Shown: positions 9,557 through 17,982 of the stretch, in pieces
How the letters are laid out: each line of letters begins with the position of its first letter
How positions within the stretch are numbered: position 1 is the stretch's first letter
Origin: a virus
IMG/VR virus record: IMGVR_UViG_3300036830_000392
Location: 4,848 to 68,847 of that record
Length of the DNA: 64,000 nucleotides
Reading direction: 5' to 3' (one strand)
Notes under the pieces: model-generated
Seen by the model: the letters and a program-made list of their open reading frames with translations, nothing else
Told to the model about the DNA's origin: nothing
The model's database searches: none
Position numbers and translations under genes: made by a program

Positions 9557-9585
9557 ATCGTCAGGTAACGCTTGGCGATCTCCAG
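9557..9585 (-). promoter_or_regulatory. Phage late-type promoter motif (terminase)
   Basis: caatCTGGAG-17-GACGAT-10-ATG. Confidence 0.7.
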
Positions 9586-9632
9586 ATTGGCGGGGTGCGA
9601 TCCAATCTTGGATCAGGCCGATGGAACCTGGA

Positions 9633-12053
9633 TCAGGCGTCGTCCGCGGGCGCGTCGACCATGGCCGGCTTGATGCGGAGCTTCTTCCATTCACCGAAGT
9701 TGGGCCAGGTAACGGGCAGCGGACCCGGGAAGGTGGCCTTGAACGCGATCGAATAAAGCCCGGCGGTATCCGTTTCGGTCAGCCAGTCGTGTTGAATGTT
9801 GGGCGAGACAGCCGTCCCGGCGAGCGGCGTGCACGGCAGATCGACCACGGCACCAGAACCGTCGAAGAGTTGCATGCGCATGACCACGGTGGCGCCCGTG
9901 AGGTCCTGGGGGGTCTTGCCATCGGCTTTGTAGAGCGTCGCCAGCAGCGACGGCCCGCGGTCGCCCGCCACCAGGTGGAAGTCAGCACCGCACTGGCCCG
10001 CGAGGCAGAAGCTGCAGTTGGTCATGGTCAATTCGGATGGTTGCACCACCACATCAAGCTCTGAACTTTCGAAGCGGACGTCCAGCGGTGGCCCGCCCAG
10101 GAAGGCAAGGGGCAGGTTCAGGACCCCGAGCGACAGCAGCAGGATCGCCCCGAACTCCTCGTCCGAAACGCCGCCGGCGAAATGGCCCAGGCCCGCGGCC
10201 TGGATCGCGCCGAAGAACTGCTGCTGGGCGAAGCCGGTCATCTGGCTGGTCTGCGACGTGGTGGCCGCGCCGCCGCGCTCCGAACCTGGCAAGCCGGACA
10301 TCGCCAGCGTGATGACGGTCGACAGGACGATCGCGCCGAACAGGTCTTCGCCGCGGGCGCCGGCGGCGGCCAGCGTGCCGGTGAGGGCATGGGTGCCCCC
10401 CGTCTCCGCCGATCGCGCGCCCGCCATCTGGGTGGCCAGCGCCAGCAGCGGCGAGCCTCCGACCTCCGCGCCGGGGTAGCCGGCCATCAAGAGCGAGGTC
10501 AGGCCGTTGAGCAGCTGCGCGGTTCCGCCCTGCTGGCCAGAAAGCGCGCCCACCATCGCCAGGACGGCCGCCAGCGCGGGAGAGCCGCCCGCCTCGGCGC
10601 CGGGGCCGCCCGCCTGCTGAAACGCTGCCAGAACGGTGGCGGCGCCCACCCGCTCGTCGTTGCGGGCCCCGGCCTGGGCGAAGGCGCCCGCCGCCGCCGC
10701 CGCGCCGGCATCAGATGCCATGGGTCCGCCCGCCTGGCTGAGCGTGGCCGACATCGCGCTGGCCCCGCCGCGCTCCTGCGACGAAGCCCCCGCCATCAGC
10801 AGCAAGATCGTCTGCAGCAGCGTGATGGCGCCGCCACGCTCTTCGCTGGTGGCGCCAGCCTGAGCGAGGGTCGCGAGCATGCTGACGACGCCGCCCAGCT
10901 CGGCCGTCTGGGCGCCCGACATCTGGGCGACGACCGAGGCCAGCGGCGCCCCATACCGCTCCTCCGAGAGGCCGCCCGCCATCAGCAGGGTCTGGATCCA
11001 GCCGGATGCCCCGGGCGCTTCGCCGGTTGCGCCGCCAGCTGGCGCGAGCGTTCCCGTCAGCGCTGGCGCGCCCGACGTGGTCTCAGCGCGGGCGCCGGCG
11101 GGCGCGAGGGTGCCGGTGCTGACGGGAGCCCCATAGGCGTCGTACAGCAGCGCGCCCGACTGCGCCAAGGCGCCGAGCACCAGCCCGGCCCCCGGAAGCT
11201 CGCCACCGAACAGGCCGGCATATGAGGCCTGGCCCGTCAGGGCTGGGGCGCCAGCGCGGTCGTCGCTGTAGGCGCCCGCCATCGACAGAAAGGTCGTCGA
11301 CCCGCCCGCGCCGGCGCCGAGCATGTAGTTGGCGCGGCGGTGCTTGCGGGGTACGACGACCGGCGGCGGATCGCCGATGTGAACGGTGCCGGCCGCCACC
11401 TGGAAATCTCGCCCAGGCTGCCCCGAATAGTCGCGGCCACAATCCTGCGGGCCGCCCTGCATCGGGAGGAACGTGTTCAGCTTCTGGCGCCTGACCACGA
11501 TCGGAGAGAACTGCTCAGCGAAGAAGTCGCCGATCTTCAGCGTGGAGTCATCCCAGACCTTCAGCAGCGCGACGTCGCCGAAAAACTGCTCGCCGCCGTC
11601 GTACCCGAACCCCACCTGCATGTTGGCCAGGCCGCTGGTGTCGAACGCGGTGGTCGATACGACCTCGGTCAGCTTTCCACCGCCGGGCGTGCTGACCCAT
11701 CCGGTGACGTCCGTGGTCCCGTTCCCGCGGCCCTGCCAAGCCGCGAAATACCAGGTGTCCGCGATCGGCGAGGCCAGCAGCACCACCGGCGTTGCCGTAT
11801 TCCTCAGGCAAACCTGCCCGGCGTTGTCCACGCTGAGAATCCACCGGATCGAATACGACGCCTGGAAGCTGACGATCTGGGCGAAGTTCGGAATCGAGCT
11901 TCGGAACCTGAACCAGCAGCAGCCCGAGAAATTGGCCGTCGACGGGAGGTTCGTCGTCCTGCTCATGCAGGACATGAAGCCGTCGGTGAAGACCGAGCTT
12001 CTGACCGCCGGGGGCGCCATCGGCAGCCTGGGCCTGGGGCCTCGGTACTGCAC
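9633..12053 (-). CDS. Virion fibre-like protein: LamG-like domain, Ala/Gly quasi-repeats, C-terminal BppU-N-like domain
   Basis: DTWYFAAW...FFGDVALLKVWD (LamG-like). About 19-aa repeats resembling LAQAGA.SEE.GGA. C-terminus GDRGPSL...DLTGATV...TDTAGLY. Confidence 0.65.
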   Translation of the reverse strand: MQYRGPRPRLPMAPPAVRSSVFTDGFMSCMSRTTNLPSTANFSGCCWFRFRSSIPNFAQIVSFQASYSIRWILSVDNAGQVCLRNTATPVVLLASPIADTWYFAAWQGRGNGTTDVTGWVSTPGGGKLTEVVSTTAFDTSGLANMQVGFGYDGGEQFFGDVALLKVWDDSTLKIGDFFAEQFSPIVVRRQKLNTFLPMQGGPQDCGRDYSGQPGRDFQVAAGTVHIGDPPPVVVPRKHRRANYMLGAGAGGSTTFLSMAGAYSDDRAGAPALTGQASYAGLFGGELPGAGLVLGALAQSGALLYDAYGAPVSTGTLAPAGARAETTSGAPALTGTLAPAGGATGEAPGASGWIQTLLMAGGLSEERYGAPLASVVAQMSGAQTAELGGVVSMLATLAQAGATSEERGGAITLLQTILLLMAGASSQERGGASAMSATLSQAGGPMASDAGAAAAAGAFAQAGARNDERVGAATVLAAFQQAGGPGAEAGGSPALAAVLAMVGALSGQQGGTAQLLNGLTSLLMAGYPGAEVGGSPLLALATQMAGARSAETGGTHALTGTLAAAGARGEDLFGAIVLSTVITLAMSGLPGSERGGAATTSQTSQMTGFAQQQFFGAIQAAGLGHFAGGVSDEEFGAILLLSLGVLNLPLAFLGGPPLDVRFESSELDVVVQPSELTMTNCSFCLAGQCGADFHLVAGDRGPSLLATLYKADGKTPQDLTGATVVMRMQLFDGSGAVVDLPCTPLAGTAVSPNIQHDWLTETDTAGLYSIAFKATFPGPLPVTWPNFGEWKKLRIKPAMVDAPADDA

Positions 12054-12056
12054 GCG

Positions 12057-12533
12057 CTACTGCCCTTCTGGATTAATTCCGATCCAACGGATCCAGTGGT
12101 TGCCGCCCGTTGAATTCAGCGCGACGCCAGTGTCCTGGTACACGCCGACACCCCATTCGGGACCGGGGTTGTCGATGATTCCGCTGAACAGGACGACGTC
12201 GCCGGTCGATGGGCTCGCCTGATCGCGACCCTCTTTGATCAGATCGGCGTTCAATCTGGTCCAGGCCTGGTCGCTCGCGCCAGCTCCATCGTCGCGACTC
12301 GGGGTTGTGGCGTCCTTGTCGGAGCTGATCAGGAAGAGGTAGACGGCGCGAGAACCCGTGGGCGAGATGCCCAAGGTGAACTTCGCGTAGATCTTGATCA
12401 TCGCGTATCGGGTCGTGGTGTTGTCGACCAGCGTCGATTGGCGGCCCACCCCGGACGGGGACGACGCGAGGCTCGCCAGCGTGATCGTCAAAGCCGCCGA
12501 CGTCGTGAATTTGTCTTTGATCTCTGACGCCAT
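12057..12533 (-). CDS. Hypothetical virion structural protein
   Basis: Ser/Thr-rich, beta-rich protein within the fibre cluster. Confidence 0.65.
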   Translation of the reverse strand: MASEIKDKFTTSAALTITLASLASSPSGVGRQSTLVDNTTTRYAMIKIYAKFTLGISPTGSRAVYLFLISSDKDATTPSRDDGAGASDQAWTRLNADLIKEGRDQASPSTGDVVLFSGIIDNPGPEWGVGVYQDTGVALNSTGGNHWIRWIGINPEGQ

Positions 12534-12536
12534 GGC

Positions 12537-12971
12537 TTACGTCGCCGTCCCGCGGGCCTGGCCCACGTTCGACTTGGTGATCACCGTGCCGGGCCCGAAG
12601 AGCACCTCGCCGCGCGATGCTGGCCTGTTGACCAGCGCGAGCAGGGCGGTCCGCGTGGCGCCAGCGGCAAAAATTCCGCCGATCGCCGAGCGCACGTTCG
12701 AACTGGTGGTGTCGACCGTTGGCTGCTGAAGGTAGAAGTTCAGCAGGTCCTTGTTGGCCTGCGACAGCACCGTCCATTCGCTGCTGACGATCGCATCGAC
12801 GATCAGGTAGCTCTGCAACGTGCCGGGGTTCACGGTCTCGCTGCTGGCGCCGACTTGGTTTAGCTTGTCGGCCGCGGCTTGGTTTTGGAGTCCCGAATAG
12901 CCGAGCGCCTTGGGGTCGGTGGATAGTTCCGTCCCCAAGGCCGCGAGCTGCGTTGCGCTCAGATCGGGCAC
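12537..12971 (-). CDS. Hypothetical virion structural protein
   Basis: ELSTDPKALGY...SRGEVLFG. Tightly packed in the fibre cluster. Confidence 0.65.
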   Translation of the reverse strand: MPDLSATQLAALGTELSTDPKALGYSGLQNQAAADKLNQVGASSETVNPGTLQSYLIVDAIVSSEWTVLSQANKDLLNFYLQQPTVDTTSSNVRSAIGGIFAAGATRTALLALVNRPASRGEVLFGPGTVITKSNVGQARGTAT

Positions 12972-12983
12972 GCCAGTCCGCCG

Positions 12984-13844
12984 TTAGAGCTTGGCGATCT
13001 TGTTGGCGCCGTTGTCGAACGTGATGCCGTACGCGCCGCCGCCGCCGGTGAACGGGAAGCCAGCGCCGGTCACAACCGCTTCGCCGGTGTGGCCAGCCGC
13101 GATCGCGCCAGAGATGGCCGAGACGGTCAGCTTGCGATCCCCGGCGACCGCGGCGCCGCTCAGGGTTGCGGTGACTCCGTTCGAGAACACCACCGTTTGG
13201 CCGCTGGCGATCGGACCCGCCAGCTTGTTGCACCAGATGGTCGTCGCGCTCGACGCCGCATCGGCGGCCGCCACTACCTGTTGCTTGCCGTCGTTGAAGA
13301 AGATCGGGATGTCGGTCGCGGCAGAGCCGGTCGACTTGTAGATGTACCAAGCGTAGGCGGCACCCGAAACAGCCGCGAAGCTGGGGTCGGCCGCGTCGAG
13401 CACGCCCTTGACCAGGGTCGCGCTCCCCAGTGTGACGGCGGCGGCGGCGTTCTCGGCCGCGTCGATCTGACCGCGGTTGGCTGCGCTGAGGTTGATGACC
13501 TTTCCGCCGGAGGTATAGGCCCCGACGCCAACGCTGTTCAGGCCATCATCGACCGTCTTCAACTCGAAGGTGTTCGTCGCTTGGTTCGCGACCTGCCAGA
13601 CGCCATTGGCGATCGTGTTGCCGCCGACGTCGTAGATCGCGACGATGTCGCCGTTCGCGAATCCATGGGCCGTGCACGTGGCGACAATCGGGGTCGCGGT
13701 CGTGGCGCCGGTGATGGCCTTGACCATGGTGTCGGTGCCGCCGCCGGCACTCAGGTCGAGCAGTGCGATCTTGAAGGTGTCGGTGTTCCAGTCGGCGTCA
13801 TCCGCCAGCTTTTCACGCCCGATGTCGAAGAACCGCATGCTCAT
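12984..13844 (-). CDS. Virion appendage protein with an inserted FCCH-like beta domain
   Basis: WNTDTFKIALL...LDAADPSF scaffold containing ITGATTATPIVAT..HGFANGDIV..ANG.WQV..NTFEL. RBS AAGGAG. Confidence 0.65.
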   Translation of the reverse strand: MSMRFFDIGREKLADDADWNTDTFKIALLDLSAGGGTDTMVKAITGATTATPIVATCTAHGFANGDIVAIYDVGGNTIANGVWQVANQATNTFELKTVDDGLNSVGVGAYTSGGKVINLSAANRGQIDAAENAAAAVTLGSATLVKGVLDAADPSFAAVSGAAYAWYIYKSTGSAATDIPIFFNDGKQQVVAAADAASSATTIWCNKLAGPIASGQTVVFSNGVTATLSGAAVAGDRKLTVSAISGAIAAGHTGEAVVTGAGFPFTGGGGAYGITFDNGANKIAKL

Positions 13845-13901
13845 GGGAAGCTCCTTGCGCCTGTGTCAAAGCCCGAGATGACGTGGTGACGTTCACCAAC
13901 G

Positions 13902-13977
13902 AGTCTCTGTGCGCGGGATCGACTCTCAAGAATCGGAGGGCCGCGTTCCTTGAGAGACGCAGCCAATCGGCGACCTT
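13902..13977. promoter_or_regulatory. Back-to-back late-type promoters
   Basis: Minus: gattCTTGAG(13930-13925)-17-GAGACT. Plus: gttcCTTGAG(13949-13954)-17-GACCTT-6-ATG. The -35 boxes form the inverted repeat CTCTCAAG/CTTGAGAG. Confidence 0.7.
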
Positions 13978-13983
13978 GGGCTC

Positions 13984-14361
13984 ATGAAAAAGCTGATCCT
14001 CCTGATCGTCATCGCTGGTTGCGTCGACGCCACCGGATGCACCCATGCGCCGCCGGTGGTCAACAATGTCGTGTCCGCCGTCATCGACTGCAGCCTGCCG
14101 AAGGTGCATGACCTGGCGCTCCAACTGATCCCAACCGTTGAAACGATCGTCGCCAAGCGCGGCGATGGCTGGGAACAGGACCTGACCGATCTCGTGAAGG
14201 CCGATCTGGAAGACGCGGTGGCGTGCGCGGTGCGCGCGGTGGCCGACGAGGCCTTCCACGCGGCGCAAGCGTCGCCATCGGACGCCCTGTCCGACGTCAA
14301 ATCCAAGCGAGCCACGGCCTGGATGACCCAGCGGGGCTACAAGTTCACCGACGGGCCATGA
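13984..14361 (+). CDS. Putative lipoprotein
   Basis: MKKLILLIVIAGC signal peptide and lipobox. Leaderless start. Confidence 0.7.
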   Translation: MKKLILLIVIAGCVDATGCTHAPPVVNNVVSAVIDCSLPKVHDLALQLIPTVETIVAKRGDGWEQDLTDLVKADLEDAVACAVRAVADEAFHAAQASPSDALSDVKSKRATAWMTQRGYKFTDGP

Positions 14362-14624
14362 AGCTGGCAGCGTTGAACCCACGCTGGATCACCGGCGGCG
14401 TGGGGATGACGTTCGATTGCCCCGGGCCGTGCTGCGCGGGCACCACAGAAAAGCGGCGGCTCTTCGTTCTGTTTGAGGACGACAGCTTGCCGCCGGGTCC
14501 GCCCGACCAGCGGCGCTGGAAGCGCACGGGCACCACGTTCGACATGCTGACGCTGGCGCCATCTATCGACTTCGGCGCCATCGGTCACTGGCATGGGCAC
14601 GTTCAAGCGGGAGAGATCGTCTGA
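14358..14624 (+). CDS. Small Cys/His protein (DUF6527-like)
   Basis: FDCP...W.RTG..F..LTLAPSI...HWHGHV..G motif. ATGA coupling to the upstream gene. Confidence 0.65.
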   Translation: MKLAALNPRWITGGVGMTFDCPGPCCAGTTEKRRLFVLFEDDSLPPGPPDQRRWKRTGTTFDMLTLAPSIDFGAIGHWHGHVQAGEIV

Positions 14625-15286
14625 TGGAAATTGCGGTTCTGGATGCGAGCGCCGAGGCCGATAAGAAAGACGTTCTCTTCGCCGTGGCCGCGGTCGCCAA
14701 GCAGATGCGCGAGCACATCGCGCCGGCCTACGAGGAAGAGCCCTTCATCGTCGTCTACTACCGCGACGTCAAGGACATCCCGCCCGAGGCGTATTACGTC
14801 CTGGTGATCGTCGACGAGGTCCCCGCCGGCGAGCTGGGCGACCACGACGCCCTCAGGACGGCTCGCGTGCTGTTCAAAGGCGATCCCGACTGGGTGTCCG
14901 TGCTGAGCCATGAGATCGCCGAGATGTTCGGCAACATCTCCTGCAACCTCTGGCTGCCGCACCCTGCGCGCCCGGGGTACAAGCTGGCGCGCGAGCTTTC
15001 GGATCCCTGCCAGACCGGGCGGTACCCGATCGACGTGACCATCCTGGGCGAGACGCGCACGCTGGTGGTGTCCGACTTCGTGCTGCCGGCTTACTGGGTG
15101 GCCGGCGCGCCCGCGCCGTACAACTATCTCGACACGATGGAAATCCCGGGCGAGATCTTGCCCGGCGGTTACCAGATCGTCCGGGGGCCGGATGGCGTTG
15201 TTGATGACCTGTGGGCAGCCGGGGAGCGCGGCACGCCGGGCCCGCGCGGCGCGCTGGTGCGGGCCAAGGGCGTCGCCGGCGCCTAA
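14624..15286 (+). CDS. Zincin-like protein with an HExxE motif
   Basis: LGDH...SVLSHEIAEMF...ELSDPC...VSDFVLPAYW. Confidence 0.6.
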   Translation: MEIAVLDASAEADKKDVLFAVAAVAKQMREHIAPAYEEEPFIVVYYRDVKDIPPEAYYVLVIVDEVPAGELGDHDALRTARVLFKGDPDWVSVLSHEIAEMFGNISCNLWLPHPARPGYKLARELSDPCQTGRYPIDVTILGETRTLVVSDFVLPAYWVAGAPAPYNYLDTMEIPGEILPGGYQIVRGPDGVVDDLWAAGERGTPGPRGALVRAKGVAGA

Positions 15287-15630
15287 CGGGCGCCGCGGAC
15301 GGCCGCCAGGTCTTCGTCGGTGAGCACGTTGGGCGCGTAGGGAAGCCGGTGCAGCGCCGTGTGGACGCGGCTGTCGTAGTCCGCCACCAGCGCGGCGGCA
15401 ATGCCCTGCAGGTGCGTCAGCAGCTCGGCGCGGGTGATCTGATCTGCCGCCTTCGCCGGCAGCGGATGGCCCTGGGTCTTCAGGTCTGAATAGACATGCT
15501 TGTACAGCCGGGCGCGCTCCTCAGGCCATGTCTTCGGTCCGTGGATTTCGCCGCGACTATCGGTGGTCGGTTTGAAATCCTGGTTTTCGTCCTGCGGCAG
15601 GTTCGGGAAATCAGAGACGATGATCTTCAT
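15283..15630 (-). CDS. Hypothetical protein
   Basis: GGAG RBS and phage-like codon usage. Confidence 0.65.
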   Translation of the reverse strand: MKIIVSDFPNLPQDENQDFKPTTDSRGEIHGPKTWPEERARLYKHVYSDLKTQGHPLPAKAADQITRAELLTHLQGIAAALVADYDSRVHTALHRLPYAPNVLTDEDLAAVRGAR

Positions 15631-15663
15631 GGTGGGTGTGCTCCGTGCGCGCGATGAATCGGT

Positions 15664-16107
15664 TCAGCTCGCCGTATCCTGTTCCGGGTCCAGCTTGGCC
15701 GCGACGAGCGCATGGGCGGCGGCGATGACCGCCAGGGCCGGCTCGTCGAGGCCCTCGGCGTCATGGTTGATGGGGTTGCCGGGCGCGCCGTAGATGGCCC
15801 TCACCTTGGCCGGATCCTCGGTGATGATGAGGCGAAATAGCACCGCGGCGTCGGCAATTTTTCGGCCGCCGTAGACGGTGGGTGGCCGCTCGACGCCGAC
15901 GACCTCGCGGGCTGCGTCGACGGCCTTGGCCAGCGCGGCACGCTCGTCGTCAAGGTTATCCTGGATCGGCTTGCCGACCTCGAACGCGATCGAGTCGGCG
16001 TGGTCACCGATTCGATAGGTCACCAGGATTTGCTCGGTCGTCTGCCGCTCCCAGTCGATCGTGACGAAGAGCCGTTCTTGGTCATCCGAATGCGAAGCGC
16101 CGTCCAT
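15664..16107 (-). CDS. Hypothetical protein
   Basis: Natural composition. Leaderless after a degenerate late-type promoter. Confidence 0.6.
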   Translation of the reverse strand: MDGASHSDDQERLFVTIDWERQTTEQILVTYRIGDHADSIAFEVGKPIQDNLDDERAALAKAVDAAREVVGVERPPTVYGGRKIADAAVLFRLIITEDPAKVRAIYGAPGNPINHDAEGLDEPALAVIAAAHALVAAKLDPEQDTAS

Positions 16108-16115
16108 GGAGAAAC

Positions 16116-16144
16116 ACCATGAACGGCGCCGACTAGATCTGAAG
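16116..16144 (-). promoter_or_regulatory. Degenerate late-type promoter motif
   Basis: aaaaCTTCAG-17-CATGGT-8-ATG. Confidence 0.45.
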
Positions 16145-16158
16145 TTTTCGGGGTGCGG

Positions 16159-16392
16159 CTACTTGGCGCCGGCGTCGGCCGCGCACCAGTTCGTCCAGAC
16201 CTGCTTTTGCTCGTCGGTCGTGATCTCAGGCGGTGGTCCGCCATCGACAGCCGGGTGCGCGGAGCAGAAGCTGGCTTCCGAGTTGACCAGCTTGTTGTCG
16301 TCTGAACCGCACCCGGCGGCGATACCGGCGACCGCCGCCCCAGCCACTACCACGCGTAGGTGAGAACGAAGCTTTGAAAATCCGAGTTCCAT
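16159..16392 (-). CDS. Small lipoprotein
   Basis: Hydrophobic stretch with lipobox IAAGC-GSDD, and a DAG C-terminus. Confidence 0.6.
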   Translation of the reverse strand: MELGFSKLRSHLRVVVAGAAVAGIAAGCGSDDNKLVNSEASFCSAHPAVDGGPPPEITTDEQKQVWTNWCAADAGAK

Positions 16393-17477
16393 GGTCGGAA
16401 AACGTTAGTGTAATGGCAACTTGAAAACAAGCCGCAACCATAGGTCAGCTCGCCCTTATGGACGCCCACCACCTGCAGAGTGGAAAGGATGAAGACTCCG
16501 CCTCCGCTGTCGCCGCCCCAAGAGTCGTTCGAATATCCTCGAAATATACCGGAGCTGACGGTGTTCCCGTTCCCGATCGAATACCACTCCACCGGAAAGC
16601 CAGAGAGCCCGTTGAACGGATAGCTGTGCCGGCGCAGCTCGGATGTGTATGTACCGGGATAGGTCGCATAGCCAAGCCAGCCGACGGTGCTTCCGATGTC
16701 CTCATCACCGTTTGGATCGACCCGAATGGCGGCGAAGTCGTAGTTCTGATTGCCGCTCATCCATGCGCCTGGCATGTAGACGCTCCAATTCCCCCACGAA
16801 CCGAACGGCGCTGTATCGCTGCATGACGAGCTCCCATCATCCGCAGCGGGCGTGATGGTGTTGTTCGTAATCCACCCCCCGTTGTCATAGAAGCAGTGCG
16901 CAGCGCTGACGACGGTGTGCGGTCCAATGACGACCCCCGAGCAACCTCCATCGAAGAAGACAGCCGTTCGATAGGGGTAGTCGGTTCGATAGCAGTCGAG
17001 CACGTTGCTATTGTTGGCGATGACAAAGGGGCTCTGCTGGGAGCCGAAGGTACCCTTGTCGGCCATCACCTTGTCCACCGATCCTCGAAACGGCTGGGAG
17101 CCAGGCGGATTGGGATTGGCCAAGATCGCTCGAGCCATCTCGAGATCAACGCTGTCAGCTTCGAACTGGTGCCCGTCCTTGGTGAAGGCGACGGGCCGCA
17201 ACTGTTCAGCAAGCTCCTCGGCCGTGGTCGGCGCGGGTGGCAGTGGGGTCGTATCGCTGAGCTTGTCGATCGTGGGTTGTCGCTTCGGCGCGGCAGGAAC
17301 CTTTCTCTTCCAGACGAATCGATGGCCCTGGGCATCGATCCAATCAGCCTGGGGGCCGTCGCCAACCGTCAGAGGGCCTCGAGAAACTGCAACAGAAGGT
17401 GTGTTGTCACAGGCAGCGAAGAGAAGAACGAGAACGAGCAGTGCGATCGGGTTGAGGAACGAGAACAGTCGTCGCAT
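16347..17477 (-). CDS. Trypsin-like (V8/glutamyl endopeptidase-type) serine protease lipoprotein
   Basis: Lipobox LFAAC. Catalytic triad motifs SAAHC, YDFAA and GDSGG. RBS GGAGG before MRRLF. Confidence 0.88.
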   Translation of the reverse strand: MRRLFSFLNPIALLVLVLLFAACDNTPSVAVSRGPLTVGDGPQADWIDAQGHRFVWKRKVPAAPKRQPTIDKLSDTTPLPPAPTTAEELAEQLRPVAFTKDGHQFEADSVDLEMARAILANPNPPGSQPFRGSVDKVMADKGTFGSQQSPFVIANNSNVLDCYRTDYPYRTAVFFDGGCSGVVIGPHTVVSAAHCFYDNGGWITNNTITPAADDGSSSCSDTAPFGSWGNWSVYMPGAWMSGNQNYDFAAIRVDPNGDEDIGSTVGWLGYATYPGTYTSELRRHSYPFNGLSGFPVEWYSIGNGNTVSSGIFRGYSNDSWGGDSGGGVFILSTLQVVGVHKGELTYGCGLFSSCHYTNVFRPWNSDFQSFVLTYAW

Positions 17478-17512
17478 GGAAGCCTCCAATATTGGTGGTC
17501 GCATTCTAGGAC

Positions 17513-17707
17513 CTATGAGGTTTGATTAGAAGATTGATGTTGCTGGACTGCGACTGCCGGCCACAGAACGATGATGCGCCAGCATTCGACGCAAGCCCCA
17601 GTGGACCGATCCAGCGCCACCTGCAGCGTCCCGCACGTGGTGCATGCTTTCGCGCCAGCGTGAAATTCGCTTTCGAACTTCGGCAACGAGGAGATTTCGA
17701 TCAGCAC
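17513..17707 (-). CDS. Small protein with two CxxC pairs
   Basis: CTTC...CVEC. Overlaps the upstream stop. Confidence 0.4.
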   Translation of the reverse strand: MLIEISSLPKFESEFHAGAKACTTCGTLQVALDRSTGACVECWRIIVLWPAVAVQQHQSSNQTS

Positions 17708-17982
17708 GGCCGGTCTCCCATTGCCTTCCGCGCCAGCGCGAGCGCCTTGCCGGCGATCTGCGTCGCCTCCAGGGCGAGCTTCTCGCAGCGCTCAGCGCGC
17801 CCATGCAGGTCGTGCACCTGGTTGATCAGGTCGAGGATCAGAACTTTCTGGGCCAGCACCACATCGACCATGCGCACCGGATCGGCGAGCAGCGCAACCG
17901 CCGCCTCGTCCACTTTGGTGGTGGGCTCGTCGTCCACCGGTGTCGGCACGCTAGTATCCTGATTCGTCTTCATCTGATTCAT
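17701..17982 (-). CDS. Hypothetical coiled-coil protein
   Basis: Continues the operon. Helical composition. Confidence 0.5.
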   Translation of the reverse strand: MNQMKTNQDTSVPTPVDDEPTTKVDEAAVALLADPVRMVDVVLAQKVLILDLINQVHDLHGRAERCEKLALEATQIAGKALALARKAMGDRPC

